The notes: generated by a model from the sequence alone, not told the origin. A DNA stretch of 64,000 bases from an uncultured archaeon (GCA_964480125.1 CAYZNV010000002.1:4984-68983), one strand, 5' to 3'. Shown: positions 26,754 through 36,535, numbered from the stretch's first letter. Made by a program: numbers and translations.

Positions 26754-28567
26754 TCCTCCTGTATATTTGTCAGCGATGACTGTAAGTTGGTGATTTTTTG
26801 TAAGAGCTCTTTTTCTTCTTCCGAGAGCTTGGATTCAATTTTCTTGAGAAGCGTTAGCATTCCGGGTGTTGGATTCGTGTAAAGCGTGTCGTTTTCAAAC
26901 ACATTTCTTCCCACGTTTCCTCCATCAATCGAGACGGCGACTTCGTCATTCTTTTCGGCGAGATCAATATTTTCTTTTTCTTGCTGGATTTGCGCGACTT
27001 TGCCGATGACTTCACCTTGCTTGTTCATCAACTCGGTGCCGACGCGCAGTCTTCCTTCCACGACGCGCACGCCGATAACCGCGGGCTTGGTATTGCGAAA
27101 CGTGTGATTAGGCAAGAAGTGTAATTCGCACGGGAAGATGGCCTTCTCCATGAGTGCTTTGTTCTTGTTTTCTTCCGTTTGCTTGACCCACTGCTGGTAT
27201 TGCTCCGTTAGCGCATACACAATGTTGCCCGAAATGATGTGCACTTGTTGCAGTTCCGCGTCTTTCTTGACTGCATCGATGATGGGCGCATTGAATCCCA
27301 GAATGCATCCAGCATAGATGTCTTTTGCCTTCAGCGCGGCCGCTTCTAATACATCGCGGCGCGTGATTTCTCCTACATCCGCGCGCTTGATTTTGATTTG
27401 ATGAGAATGCAAGAGTTGAATGAGCGCTTCTAAACTTCCAAGTGTGTCGGCTTTCACAATGATTCCAATCGCGTCGGATTCAATCTTGATACGATTCACT
27501 TCATTCTGAATCAGCGTGGCCTCATTGCCTGTTTTTTCTTCGAGAATGGGGCTTCCCGCAATGGCGTCATCCAATCCAGGCGCGGCGATCTTGATTCCCG
27601 TTGCAGCGTGGGCTTCTTTCATGGAGATGAATTTTTCTGCGACGCGAATGTCTGTCATCGTGTTGGGACGAAGCAACGCGCGTACTTTGGTGCGAATGAC
27701 CCCATTCTTTCCTGCAAGCACAATCGTATCTCCTGTCTCTAAACTTCCATCGTACAAAATCACATCAATCGTCTTTCCGAATCCGCGTTCGTCGCGCACT
27801 TCCAAAACAGTTCCCTTTGCCGGCCCTTCGACAGCGAAATTGAGTTTTTGTTCCAGGAATTTTTGAGCCAATCCTGCGAGGAACATCAATAATTCGGGCA
27901 TCCCTTCTCCTGTGTGAGAGGAAATGGGAATCATGGCGATTTCTTTTGTAGGGTCTTTCACGCGATCGAAGCGTTCGCTCTGGAATCCGGTTTCAAATAT
28001 TTGTCCAACAATCGTGTAGAGTCGTTCATCCAATTTTGCTTTTGCTTTTTCTGTTTGTTGGGAGAGATTGCCCAAAAAAGAACCGGCTTTTGATTCATAG
28101 TCATCGATTAAATCTAATTTCGTGAGTGCAATGGCGAATGGGACTTTATAGTTGCGCAAAATGGTAATGGCTTCTTTGGTTTGGGCTTGTAGTCCTTTAT
28201 TGACATCCACTACGAGCACAGCTAAATCCGCAATGCTGCTTCCGCGCTCGCGTAAGTTGGTAAATGCTTCATGTCCGGGCGTGTCGATGAATAGGAGTCC
28301 AGGGATATTGAGATTGAATCCGAATTTGTGAATCAGGGGACCGGCAATCTCTTGCACGAGTTTGATGGGAATTTCGGTTGCGCCGATGTGTTGCGTAATG
28401 CGCCCGGCTTCTTTTTCGACAACATTAGTTGAGCGAATCTTGTCCAAAAGAGAAGTCTTTCCCGCGTCGACATGTCCTACTACTGCGATAATGGGGGTGC
28501 GAATAGCTTTGGTCATACCATCAATTTCCCGTAACGAGTCATGCAGCCAGAAACCTTTTGGAAGCAA
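26750..28567 (-). CDS. infB: translation initiation factor aIF5B (IF2 homolog)
   Basis: G domain 'GHVDAGKTSLLD', 'DTPGHEAF' and 'NKLD'. 605 aa. Conserved infB-rps6e-eif2g order. Confidence 0.85.
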   Translation of the reverse strand: MLPKGFWLHDSLREIDGMTKAIRTPIIAVVGHVDAGKTSLLDKIRSTNVVEKEAGRITQHIGATEIPIKLVQEIAGPLIHKFGFNLNIPGLLFIDTPGHEAFTNLRERGSSIADLAVLVVDVNKGLQAQTKEAITILRNYKVPFAIALTKLDLIDDYESKAGSFLGNLSQQTEKAKAKLDERLYTIVGQIFETGFQSERFDRVKDPTKEIAMIPISSHTGEGMPELLMFLAGLAQKFLEQKLNFAVEGPAKGTVLEVRDERGFGKTIDVILYDGSLETGDTIVLAGKNGVIRTKVRALLRPNTMTDIRVAEKFISMKEAHAATGIKIAAPGLDDAIAGSPILEEKTGNEATLIQNEVNRIKIESDAIGIIVKADTLGSLEALIQLLHSHQIKIKRADVGEITRRDVLEAAALKAKDIYAGCILGFNAPIIDAVKKDAELQQVHIISGNIVYALTEQYQQWVKQTEENKNKALMEKAIFPCELHFLPNHTFRNTKPAVIGVRVVEGRLRVGTELMNKQGEVIGKVAQIQQEKENIDLAEKNDEVAVSIDGGNVGRNVFENDTLYTNPTPGMLTLLKKIESKLSEEEKELLQKITNLQSSLTNIQEE

Positions 28568-28674
28568 AAAGCTTTGCCAAAAAAGGCTTTGGGCCCAGCG
28601 ACATGAGTATAGAAGAAAAAGTCCTTGAAAAGGGTTAAAAATCGCCCTCTTGGAAGGGAGAAACAGCCAAAATG

Positions 28675-29274
28675 CTAGTTTTCGCTGGTTTTGCGCTTTT
28701 CTTGAGCCAGACGAGACGCTACAGGACCAAATTGCCCATGGTATTTGGTGTCGGGCTTCTTGTTATAGGGCGTTTCAGCTGGAGAGGTCATTTTGTAGAA
28801 GCACAGCTGGCAAACGCGTTGGTAGGGGCGTAATAACAAGGGTTGGTTGCCGATGTTCTGCATTTCAAGGGTGATCTGTCCCTCAAAACCGGGGTCGATG
28901 AATCCTGCGGTGGCGTGGATGATGAGTCCTAATCTTCCCAGGGAAGAGCGCCCTTCTAGTCTTGCCACCAAATCGGTTGGAACCTTTACCGCTTCGAGTG
29001 TGCTTCCCAGGATGAATTCCCCAGGGTGTAAAACAAACCCTTCTTTTTCATCAATCATCACACGCCGCATACGTGGAGGAATTTTTTCGCTCAAATCAAT
29101 AATGCGCATGGCGTGATTGTCAAACAAAAGCACTTCCGGAGCCAAGCGCAAATCAATCGATGAAGGGCCTAGCTGTAAATCCAAATCAATGGGGTTTTTG
29201 TCCGTTGGAACATAGACTGCTCCTTGGGCCACCATTTCTTTGAGATCACGATCCGAGAGAAGCATATGAATCAT
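28675..29274 (-). CDS. dcd: dCTP deaminase
   Basis: 199 aa with a dUTPase-like fold. The N-terminus 'MLLSDRDLKEM' is dCTP-deaminase-like. Confidence 0.75.
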   Translation of the reverse strand: MIHMLLSDRDLKEMVAQGAVYVPTDKNPIDLDLQLGPSSIDLRLAPEVLLFDNHAMRIIDLSEKIPPRMRRVMIDEKEGFVLHPGEFILGSTLEAVKVPTDLVARLEGRSSLGRLGLIIHATAGFIDPGFEGQITLEMQNIGNQPLLLRPYQRVCQLCFYKMTSPAETPYNKKPDTKYHGQFGPVASRLAQEKRKTSEN

Positions 29275-29321
29275 TCGTCCAGGGGGGTATTAAAACGCAA
29301 TCCAAAAATTACCAAAAATCC

Positions 29322-29747
29322 TTAGTGTAATCCCGTGCTACCAAAACCGCCTTCTCCTCGAAGGGTGGAATCCAATTCTTGCACTTCTTCGATGGAAGGA
29401 TGCAAGATAGGTTGAATCAGCAATTGGGCGATCTTTTTTCCTTTTTCAATGGTGTAAGGGGAAACGCCAAAATTGCAAATCATAATCATCAATTCCCCAC
29501 GATAGGTTTCATCAATCACGCCAGCAAACGTGTGCAAGTGGAATTTCACGGCCATCCCACTCTTATCCCATACCAATCCCACGTGCCCAGGAGGAATGGC
29601 TAATGCAATACCAGTCTTTACCGCGTGCTTTTGATTGGGTTGCAGGGTAATCGTTTCATTTGCATAGATGTCCATTCCCGCGTCCCCGGGCAGAGCGAAT
29701 TTGGGAGTGATGGCATCTGGAGAAAGTTTTTTGATGAGTAGACGCAT
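29322..29747 (-). CDS. dut: dUTP diphosphatase (dUTPase fold)
   Basis: 141 aa. 'GDAGMDIYA' and 'GVIDETYRGEL' are dUTPase motifs. Confidence 0.7.
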   Translation of the reverse strand: MRLLIKKLSPDAITPKFALPGDAGMDIYANETITLQPNQKHAVKTGIALAIPPGHVGLVWDKSGMAVKFHLHTFAGVIDETYRGELMIMICNFGVSPYTIEKGKKIAQLLIQPILHPSIEEVQELDSTLRGEGGFGSTGLH

Positions 29748-29803
29748 AAAGAAAAATGGACTTTAATCGTACTAAAAGCTTTGCATGAAAAAAAGAATAA
29801 ATA

Positions 29804-29857
29804 TCAGGTATCGCATTGCGATACCTGTTCTCGGCGCCACCGGTCGAAACACGGTGA
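29804..29857. repeat. double-hairpin repeat element, copy C
   Basis: tcaggtatcgcattgcgatacctgttctcggcgccaccggtcgaaacacggtga. It ends 1 nt before the ndk stop codon. A T-tract follows on the minus strand (29781-29803). Confidence 0.55.
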
Positions 29858-29858
29858 A

Positions 29859-30368
29859 TTATTTCCCAAAAGTATGCATTTCGTGGACATTCTTGTAGGA
29901 GTGAATTTCCTTTGGAGTGAACCACAATGCAATTTCTTTCTGCGCGTCTTCAATGGAGGAAGAAGCGTGAATCAAATTACGAACAACCATGTCATTGGAG
30001 TCGCACCATGCATAGCTTTGGTGCGCGAAGTCTCCGCGGATAGTGCCAGGAGCAGCGGCTTTTGGTTCCGTGCTTCCGACCATTTTGCGGATGGATTCAA
30101 TACAATTAATTCCTTCCAACACGAGCGCGACAACGGGGCCTTCGCTCAAGAAGTTGGCATTGTATTCCAATACTTTTGCTCCGCGGCGTTGACCGACATC
30201 AAAATAGTGTTCGGCTGCGAACTTTTTGTCCACGTGGACCATTTTCATTCCAATGGGTTTGATTCCTGCGTCTTCGAATCGTTGCAGAATTCTTCCAATG
30301 AGTGCGCGCTGCACTCCATCGGGTTTGATCAAAACAAGGCTTCGTTCCATCATACTTGAATCCCTCAC
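29859..30368 (-). CDS. ndk: nucleoside diphosphate kinase
   Basis: 'ERSLVLIKPDGVQR' and 'NLIHASSSIEDAQKEI' with the NGSD/H active-site context. 169 aa. Confidence 0.9.
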   Translation of the reverse strand: MRDSSMMERSLVLIKPDGVQRALIGRILQRFEDAGIKPIGMKMVHVDKKFAAEHYFDVGQRRGAKVLEYNANFLSEGPVVALVLEGINCIESIRKMVGSTEPKAAAPGTIRGDFAHQSYAWCDSNDMVVRNLIHASSSIEDAQKEIALWFTPKEIHSYKNVHEMHTFGK

Positions 30369-30410
30369 AAATGATTAGAAAAAATAATGAAAAGAGAGAA
30401 GGCGTGAAAG

Positions 30411-30632
30411 TTAGTTTGCCTTCTTTTCTTTTGCGTGTTTCATCGCCGTGATGCGGGTGGCTTTGACTTTCTTGTATTCGACAGTCCAAGCGGTCTCGCG
30501 GGGTTGGCGGTGCAATTTATTTGTGTTCATTTCGCACTTGCGCGTGCAGAAATGCTGTACTTGTCCCGTTTTGCGAGCAAAGATAATGCCCGTTCCTTGG
30601 GGGATTTTTTTACCACAAAATGTGCAGTCCAT
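30411..30632 (-). CDS. rpl24e: ribosomal protein L24e
   Basis: 73 aa. 'CTFCGKKIPQGTG...FCTRKC' is the zinc-binding L24e fold. Confidence 0.8.
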   Translation of the reverse strand: MDCTFCGKKIPQGTGIIFARKTGQVQHFCTRKCEMNTNKLHRQPRETAWTVEYKKVKATRITAMKHAKEKKAN

Positions 30633-30645
30633 ATCATTCCCTCCG

Positions 30646-30855
30646 TTAGTGGGCCTTTATTTCTTTGGCTTCGCGTTCGGTATTCAGTAACACGAGCAAG
30701 TCTCCTTTGCGCAAAAAACCGCGCACATTGCGTCGCTTGACGCGTCCTTTTTCGGGGCCGTCGAGAATCTTACACAATACTTGGGTAATTTCGCCGTGCA
30801 CGCCTGTGCGTTTCACGACTTCAACGACTTCCGCTGGGGTTCCGGTTTCAGCCAT
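30646..30855 (-). CDS. rps28e: ribosomal protein S28e
   Basis: 69 aa. '[19 protein letters not shown]' is the S28e signature. Confidence 0.85.
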   Translation of the reverse strand: MAETGTPAEVVEVVKRTGVHGEITQVLCKILDGPEKGRVKRRNVRGFLRKGDLLVLLNTEREAKEIKAH

Positions 30856-30874
30856 AGTGCATCAGCCCGTTCCC

Positions 30875-31231
30875 TTATTTCGCCAGCTCGTGTAAGCGCT
30901 TGGCGATCGTGTCGAATTCTTTCTGGGTTTCGCCCAAGTCCGTGACAGCGACAGCGGCTGCTCCGACGGCGATTCCTACTTTTTCTCCTAGTTCTTTCTT
31001 GGTGTCAACATAGGAGAAGGGCACTTTCTTTTCTTTGCAGATCAAAGGCAAGTGCATGACGACTTCCGCGGGGGAGACGTCTTTGGCGACGAAAACGATT
31101 TTGGCGGTATCGCGTTCAATGGCTTTAGTCACTTCATTGATGCCGATGCGCATCTTTCCGTGCTTTTTCTTCAAATCCGAAAGGAATTCGTTCTGTTTCT
31201 CTTTCAGGTCGTTAGGGACTTCGTGTGTCAT
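30875..31231 (-). CDS. rpl7ae: ribosomal protein L7Ae (K-turn binding)
   Basis: 'INEVTKAIERDTAKIVFVAKDVSPAEVVMHLPLICKEKKVPFSYV' is L7Ae/L30e-family. Synteny with rps28e-rpl24e-ndk supports it. Confidence 0.85.
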   Translation of the reverse strand: MTHEVPNDLKEKQNEFLSDLKKKHGKMRIGINEVTKAIERDTAKIVFVAKDVSPAEVVMHLPLICKEKKVPFSYVDTKKELGEKVGIAVGAAAVAVTDLGETQKEFDTIAKRLHELAK

Positions 31232-31342
31232 ATGGTTTCACCTCAAAACTTCCAAGGGAAGCTTTCATTGGCGGCTTTTAGGGCCACTATACCCCAAGAC
31301 CCCTAAAAAAAGCTTATAAATGCAAGGCTTGAAGCCGATAAA

Positions 31343-32212
31343 TTAGCTCCCTCTAAGTTGGGCTAATTTCCAGAACAATAACGGCACGCTCCGTATTCCT
31401 CGTTGGCTACCAGTCATACTTGGCATTTGTGATAAATAGTGACCCATAATCTGTTGAATTTCATGGTATGCCTTTGGGCAGTTTCGACGGAGCCAGAGGG
31501 GACGGATAACTGGGCGGAGTGAGGCCCGAGCATATTCTGACGGATACTTCTCCAGTACAGTCCCCACAATGTTTGGGACACGGTTATGCCGATCCTCATG
31601 AAAGTCAATTAAATCATCAAATATTTGGCAGCCCATTGAGAGATTTGAAAAAGCATCTTCAAGTTGTTTTCTTGCGGAAATTGGAACATTTTCAGCCACA
31701 TTGAGCATTGCCGTGAGCATGCGCGCATCAGCGCCCGAGGTGTTTTCCTTCATGCGCAGCACATTTTCAAGCGTCGGAGGTTGTTTCTCAAATTCGTGGA
31801 GTGATTTCCATGCACTTCGACGAAAATTACCTGCAATGCGAAATAACTCCCTTTTTTGTTCAGGAGTAAGTGGCGTTCCTTTCACCCCCTTAACAAAGCG
31901 CGAAACATGAGCTCGTGCAGCGGAATCCATTCGATAAGCATGCACATCGAATATATCATGCCGTTGTGCCTGGTCGATTAGCTCATCCAAGCGGCTTACA
32001 TACTGTACGAATGCCTCTGCCGGCAAAACACTCGTGGCTCGTGGCATCGAACGATTCCACTTGCGCCAGGCATGTGTGATGAGCACCACGAACCCCGCTG
32101 TTTTACGAGGAGTTTTGGATAAGCGTTCCGGAAGTTTAAGAGCGGTGCTCGGAGCACTAGCTAGAAACTTGACGCCATGCAGCAAGTCTAATCTTCTTTG
32201 TTTGGTGACCAC
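31343..32212 (-). CDS. hypothetical protein, possibly isoprenoid-synthase fold (phytoene/squalene-synthase-like Asp-rich motif)
   Basis: 'QIFDDLIDFHEDRHNRVPNI' resembles the second Asp-rich motif DxxEDxxxxRxYxP. The rest is weak. Confidence 0.2.
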   Translation of the reverse strand: MVTKQRRLDLLHGVKFLASAPSTALKLPERLSKTPRKTAGFVVLITHAWRKWNRSMPRATSVLPAEAFVQYVSRLDELIDQAQRHDIFDVHAYRMDSAARAHVSRFVKGVKGTPLTPEQKRELFRIAGNFRRSAWKSLHEFEKQPPTLENVLRMKENTSGADARMLTAMLNVAENVPISARKQLEDAFSNLSMGCQIFDDLIDFHEDRHNRVPNIVGTVLEKYPSEYARASLRPVIRPLWLRRNCPKAYHEIQQIMGHYLSQMPSMTGSQRGIRSVPLLFWKLAQLRGS

Positions 32213-32236
32213 AGTAGAGAAAACAATATGATGTAT

Positions 32237-32707
32237 TTATCTTTTAGCAAACCTCAGCAGCCGTTGTGGCAGAACCAAGCGCAAATCGCTTGTTTTCATT
32301 TTGACGCTTTCCGTTAGCAGGCCAATATTGAATTCTGCCCATTCGTGGTCGAAAATAGTCTCATCTAAATAGGTGGGAAGTGGGGGATCGAATCCGAAAG
32401 GCGGAACTGACCCCGGCTCGCAGCCTGTCCGTTCGAGTACTTTTTCTTTACTCGCGAGTTTTACTTTTTTGAATCCCATGAGTTTGGCAAACGCATCCAA
32501 ATCCATTTTCAAGTCCGCCGCAAGCAGCGCGAGTACAATCCCACGCTCGGTTTCTAGCACCATGGCTTTCACTCCATTGTGCAATTCCCCCTTGCGTGCT
32601 TGCATGGCTTGCTCGGAAGTAAAAACAGGCTCATGTTTCATGTGCTCGAATGGAATATTCTTTCCTTTCAGGAGATGTTGAATGCGATGAGCTTCAGCAA
32701 CTGACAT
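32237..32707 (-). CDS. YbaK/ProX-family aminoacyl-tRNA deacylase
   Basis: 156 aa. 'NGVKAMVLETERGIVLALLAADLKMDLDAFAKLMG' is YbaK-like. Confidence 0.6.
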   Translation of the reverse strand: MSVAEAHRIQHLLKGKNIPFEHMKHEPVFTSEQAMQARKGELHNGVKAMVLETERGIVLALLAADLKMDLDAFAKLMGFKKVKLASKEKVLERTGCEPGSVPPFGFDPPLPTYLDETIFDHEWAEFNIGLLTESVKMKTSDLRLVLPQRLLRFAKR

Positions 32708-32747
32708 ACACGAATGAAATGAGGAAAACCAAATAAATAGAACGAAA

Positions 32748-33005
32748 TTAAGCTGAGTTCTTTGCTTTCTTCTTGTGCGAGACTAAGTGTGACCGTGTCG
32801 CGTCGATTTCGCTGCGGATTTTCTTGTCCATGGAGAGGATTTCTTTGGCGAGTTTTCCATTCAAATCCACTAATTCATTGTGCTGTTTTTCAAGTGTAGT
32901 CAGACAACTGGCGACTTGTTGATTGGAATAGCGGATCAGATAGACTGCCACCAATAGTGAGACGACGAACAGTCCAACGGTGACGATGATTTCAGAGCCT
33001 AGCAT
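32748..33005 (-). CDS. small single-TM coiled-coil protein, paralog 1
   Basis: It shares 'LFVV.L.VAVYLIRYSNQQ' with the adjacent gene. 85 aa. Confidence 0.4.
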   Translation of the reverse strand: MLGSEIIVTVGLFVVSLLVAVYLIRYSNQQVASCLTTLEKQHNELVDLNGKLAKEILSMDKKIRSEIDATRSHLVSHKKKAKNSA

Positions 33006-33029
33006 TGGGATTTCTCCGGGTAAGGGTGA

Positions 33030-33329
33030 TTATGCTTTCTTGGTAGTAACGGTTGCGACTTGTTCAGTCGTGGACTTTGTTCCGAGATTTCCACGTAATT
33101 GATCCAATTCCTTTCGGATCGCATTCTCATTGGAAATCATCGTCTTGGTGAGGCGTGCGTTCAATTTCATTAATTCCAAGTTCTTATCGCGCAGGCCAGA
33201 CACGCTCGTCATCAGCTGCTGGTTGGAATAACGGATTAAGTAGACAGCAACGGCAAGTTGCACGACGAATAAACCCAATGAAACGATCATTTCGGAGCTA
33301 ACCATAGTCTCACCACTACTCCAACCCAA
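33030..33329 (-). CDS. small single-TM coiled-coil protein, paralog 2
   Basis: 99 aa. Tandem paralog of 32748..33005. Confidence 0.4.
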   Translation of the reverse strand: MGWSSGETMVSSEMIVSLGLFVVQLAVAVYLIRYSNQQLMTSVSGLRDKNLELMKLNARLTKTMISNENAIRKELDQLRGNLGTKSTTEQVATVTTKKA

Positions 33330-35277
33330 GAAGTCGGGATATTAAAGCCTTTCTTTTTTGCTTCTTGCGCTCACGTAAGGGAATGTAGCACTTCTCTAGG
33401 CGCATGAAGCGCATGAACCAGGGCAAATGAGGATAGGGTTTCAGCAATGGATTGGTCGGCGCCACGTGAGTGTGGAGTTTTTTCCATAGCAAGTAGGCCA
33501 ATCCCACCAATAATAGGATTCCTGCCGCATATCCGATGACGGCCAACCCATCGCGCGATAATAATGGGGCTTGTTGTCCCACTAAATCAATCATCGCAGC
33601 CAGTTTCGTCAAGTCCTCGGATATTTTCAGTAGTTGCGTGTTGAGGTTTTCGAATTTCCCCGCAAGAAATGTTCCTTTTGCGCGTGCCAGATCCGTTTGA
33701 ATGTCCAACAGTGCTTGTGCTTCATCCGAGACATCGAAACCACGCTGTTGCAGATCTTTCAGTTTGTCTTCGAGTTGGTCCGCGCGCAATTCCAAATCGG
33801 CGATGACTTGTGCGTAATAATCATTGGGAGAAGATACCTCGAACATCACCTCGCGTGTTTGTGTCTGACCATACGCAGTGATTTCGACTTGCAGAGCGTG
33901 CAATCCCAACACCGCATTAAGTGGGATAAACGCTGCATACGGAAATGAAGCCGTGTCTCCTTTGTTGAGCGTAGTAGTGAAGGTAGATTGACTATACTCC
34001 ACCCCATTGGGATCCATAATGTGCCATGCCACTTCAATATTCGTTTCGTCAAAATCTCCTCCGTTAGAGAGATTAATCGTGAAGGGGAATGTGAGGCCTT
34101 GCGCGCTCTTAGTGGAAGGCGTGGAGAGGTCCACCGTGATGAGGTGCGTCCCTTGCACAGGGAAGGCGCGTTGCAGAGTGGCAAAAGTGGTTTGTCGGTT
34201 GAGCGATTTGGCGGAGACATCAACAATCATCGTGCCCAATTCAGTAGGAGTGTAGGCAGGATCCAATATCACTTTCGTTGGAAGATAAGGCGCTACCGCC
34301 AGAACCGTTTTTTCTCCAATTACAATAGTCCCGGATGGAAGGGTGATTTTGTATTCGAGCAGATAGTCATTGATAGTAGTGGTGAGATTCAACAAGGTGG
34401 CGCTCAATTCCGATGGCTGGTTGCGCGAGGGAGCGGGATCAAGGGCGATGTCGATGATTTGGGCACGACGCGAGCTTCCCCCACCGCCACCGCCGCCACC
34501 ACCACCGCCACCACCTGTGCCGCCAGTAGTTCCTGTGCTTCCAGTGCTTCCGGTTGAAGAAGAAGTAGTTGTGAATCCCCCTGCCGTGTTCGAATCGTAT
34601 CGGTTTCCGCATTGGATGACTGTAGTTACATCATAGTTTCCCGCGGGAGAGGGACCAAAAAAATTATAGGAAAATTCTCCATTCGCGGCTTGAGACATGG
34701 CGCGATTTGCATCGACAACGCTTCCGTTCAATAAAATAGAGGTGTTGGCATTCACATCATAGACTTTGTTGCCATCCTCATTGTAGACGATGTTTTGGAT
34801 TGTCCCGAGGGCTCCGACGGCAATTGAGAAATCATTATTGAGAAAGACAATGTCAAAATCGAGATCACCCAAGTAAACGTAACCATTGGCATCCCCTGGC
34901 GTGACATTATGCTTGAATGCACGGGCTTGGATAAGATACTCTCCATTAAGGTCAAAATTGTAAGTGTATGAATAAGTCCCAGATAGAGTGTTAGTGAAAT
35001 TCACGTCGACACTAGTCGAGTCGGGGCGAAATATGGTGGCAAAAACATTGGCATCAACCACTGTGTTCCCATTGTTTCCGGTAACGGTTGCACTGATGGA
35101 TGTATTTCCAAGCGCAGTAGGGCACAGAGAATAATTGAGTCGAAGTGAATAAGCCGAATCAAAACCCGGGACCCATGTGATGTTGTTGGACGCGTTATTG
35201 GCGCTTACGCTAAGGAAAAACAAGGAGAAAAAAAACAAAAACCCAATCCAAAGCACATGCGTGGGACGCATGTGCAA
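33316..35277 (-). CDS. secreted surface protein with Ser/Thr/Gly linker, 13-residue poly-Gly tract and C-terminal TM anchor
   Basis: Sec-type signal 'FLFFFSLFFLSVSA'. 'STGSTGSTGTTGGTGGGGGGGGGGGGGSS' sits mid-protein. The C-terminal TM 'AVIGYAAGILLLVGLAYLLW' is followed by a basic tail. Confidence 0.5.
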   Translation of the reverse strand: MHMRPTHVLWIGFLFFFSLFFLSVSANNASNNITWVPGFDSAYSLRLNYSLCPTALGNTSISATVTGNNGNTVVDANVFATIFRPDSTSVDVNFTNTLSGTYSYTYNFDLNGEYLIQARAFKHNVTPGDANGYVYLGDLDFDIVFLNNDFSIAVGALGTIQNIVYNEDGNKVYDVNANTSILLNGSVVDANRAMSQAANGEFSYNFFGPSPAGNYDVTTVIQCGNRYDSNTAGGFTTTSSSTGSTGSTGTTGGTGGGGGGGGGGGGGSSRRAQIIDIALDPAPSRNQPSELSATLLNLTTTINDYLLEYKITLPSGTIVIGEKTVLAVAPYLPTKVILDPAYTPTELGTMIVDVSAKSLNRQTTFATLQRAFPVQGTHLITVDLSTPSTKSAQGLTFPFTINLSNGGDFDETNIEVAWHIMDPNGVEYSQSTFTTTLNKGDTASFPYAAFIPLNAVLGLHALQVEITAYGQTQTREVMFEVSSPNDYYAQVIADLELRADQLEDKLKDLQQRGFDVSDEAQALLDIQTDLARAKGTFLAGKFENLNTQLLKISEDLTKLAAMIDLVGQQAPLLSRDGLAVIGYAAGILLLVGLAYLLWKKLHTHVAPTNPLLKPYPHLPWFMRFMRLEKCYIPLRERKKQKRKALISRLLGLE

Positions 35278-35342
35278 AAGGGGTCAAACGCCTTAATAGT
35301 CTTTTTGAGCGCGAGGAGGACACGCGAGTGAGAGTGCACTAA

Positions 35343-36437
35343 TCAACGAACGCTGATGTGCAGTACGATTTGATCTCCTTCTGCGGAGATACTGCCGCGT
35401 CCGTTGAAATACAATCCCTTATGATCGATGGCCCATTTTTCGCTAATATTGGCAGGAGGATTAGAGGGATTGATTCCGATTGAATATTCCCCGGGTGCAA
35501 CGCCTGGTTTCGCACGGACAGTAATAGTGACTTTCTCCGCCCAATTAGGATAAAATCGAGGGAATGTGGGAGAGAGAAGGAAATATGGCTGGGAAGTGGA
35601 GTCGGCTTGGATTTCAATATCGAACAATTCACGCGATTTGGCATCCGCGACGAGCATGAGCCCTTGATAATTCTGGATGTTCCACCCGGCTGAGTAGAAT
35701 ACAACAGCTCGCGCGAGGTTGTCTTTAGTAGTGTCAACGACTCCCCATTGCTCGCTGGGATAAGTCAAGTGACCATTGTCTCCCCAATACTCGAGTTCGG
35801 GCTGCGACCATGCACGAAAGGCGATGCGGCGATTGGCTCCTGCAGTTTCACCGACATGAAAATAGAATTCGGGCTGGAGATAATAGGCAGGAGTGATGTG
35901 GCCTAGTTGCAAGAGGGAACCTGTTGCAATATCATAGGCAACACTTGCAAAGTCGCTTGGAACCGGAGGCAGTGCAGAGAAAATATCCTGTTCGGATTCC
36001 AAATCACAACATTGGAGAAAAAAAGATTTGATTTCGTCATACGTGCTCCCAGTATATTGGGCTGCGGCATCGAACAAGCGATAACTGCTTCGGTCGACAC
36101 GATATAATTCAATAGTATACTTGGCCTTGGAGAGCGTACGTTTTAGTGTTTCATTTTTCTCCACGCGCTGGGTAAATGACAATCCTTCGACACTCGGTTG
36201 TGCGATGACCGCATCATTTGATTTGAGCTCAGTCGGAACCACTGGGGCAGGCGCCGGAGTGGATGATTGTAGAAAAAAGAAAACACCCACAAGGAGAGCG
36301 GCAACTATCACAATGGGAATGATGGGCAATCGAGACGGAGATGACGCCTTGGCAGAGATATGGTGAGTGGAAGGAGAATCACTCTTAGCATCATGAGGAA
36401 CAGCAGTCGAAGAGTGAGATGGGTTATCAGCAGTCAT
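35343..36437 (-). CDS. membrane-anchored extracellular protein (N-terminal TM, type II topology)
   Basis: 364 aa with a Ser-rich N-terminus and a single TM 'IIPIVIVAALLVGVFFFL'. Confidence 0.4.
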   Translation of the reverse strand: MTADNPSHSSTAVPHDAKSDSPSTHHISAKASSPSRLPIIPIVIVAALLVGVFFFLQSSTPAPAPVVPTELKSNDAVIAQPSVEGLSFTQRVEKNETLKRTLSKAKYTIELYRVDRSSYRLFDAAAQYTGSTYDEIKSFFLQCCDLESEQDIFSALPPVPSDFASVAYDIATGSLLQLGHITPAYYLQPEFYFHVGETAGANRRIAFRAWSQPELEYWGDNGHLTYPSEQWGVVDTTKDNLARAVVFYSAGWNIQNYQGLMLVADAKSRELFDIEIQADSTSQPYFLLSPTFPRFYPNWAEKVTITVRAKPGVAPGEYSIGINPSNPPANISEKWAIDHKGLYFNGRGSISAEGDQIVLHISVR

Positions 36438-36535
36438 TGAATCGCCTCAGTTAATCTGAATCCATGATTATGGATTTGGACATTAATAAATGAATGGGAA
36501 TTGTTCGGGCGAAGCCCGAAACAATCGACACTTAC

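Noticed and set aside
34476-34520. Poly-Gly-coding CCACCGCC microsatellite as a standalone repeat or CRISPR-like feature
   Set aside because: It lies in-frame within a continuous 653-aa ORF with a signal peptide and a C-terminal anchor. It is a coding low-complexity tract, noted under findings as a possible slippage site.
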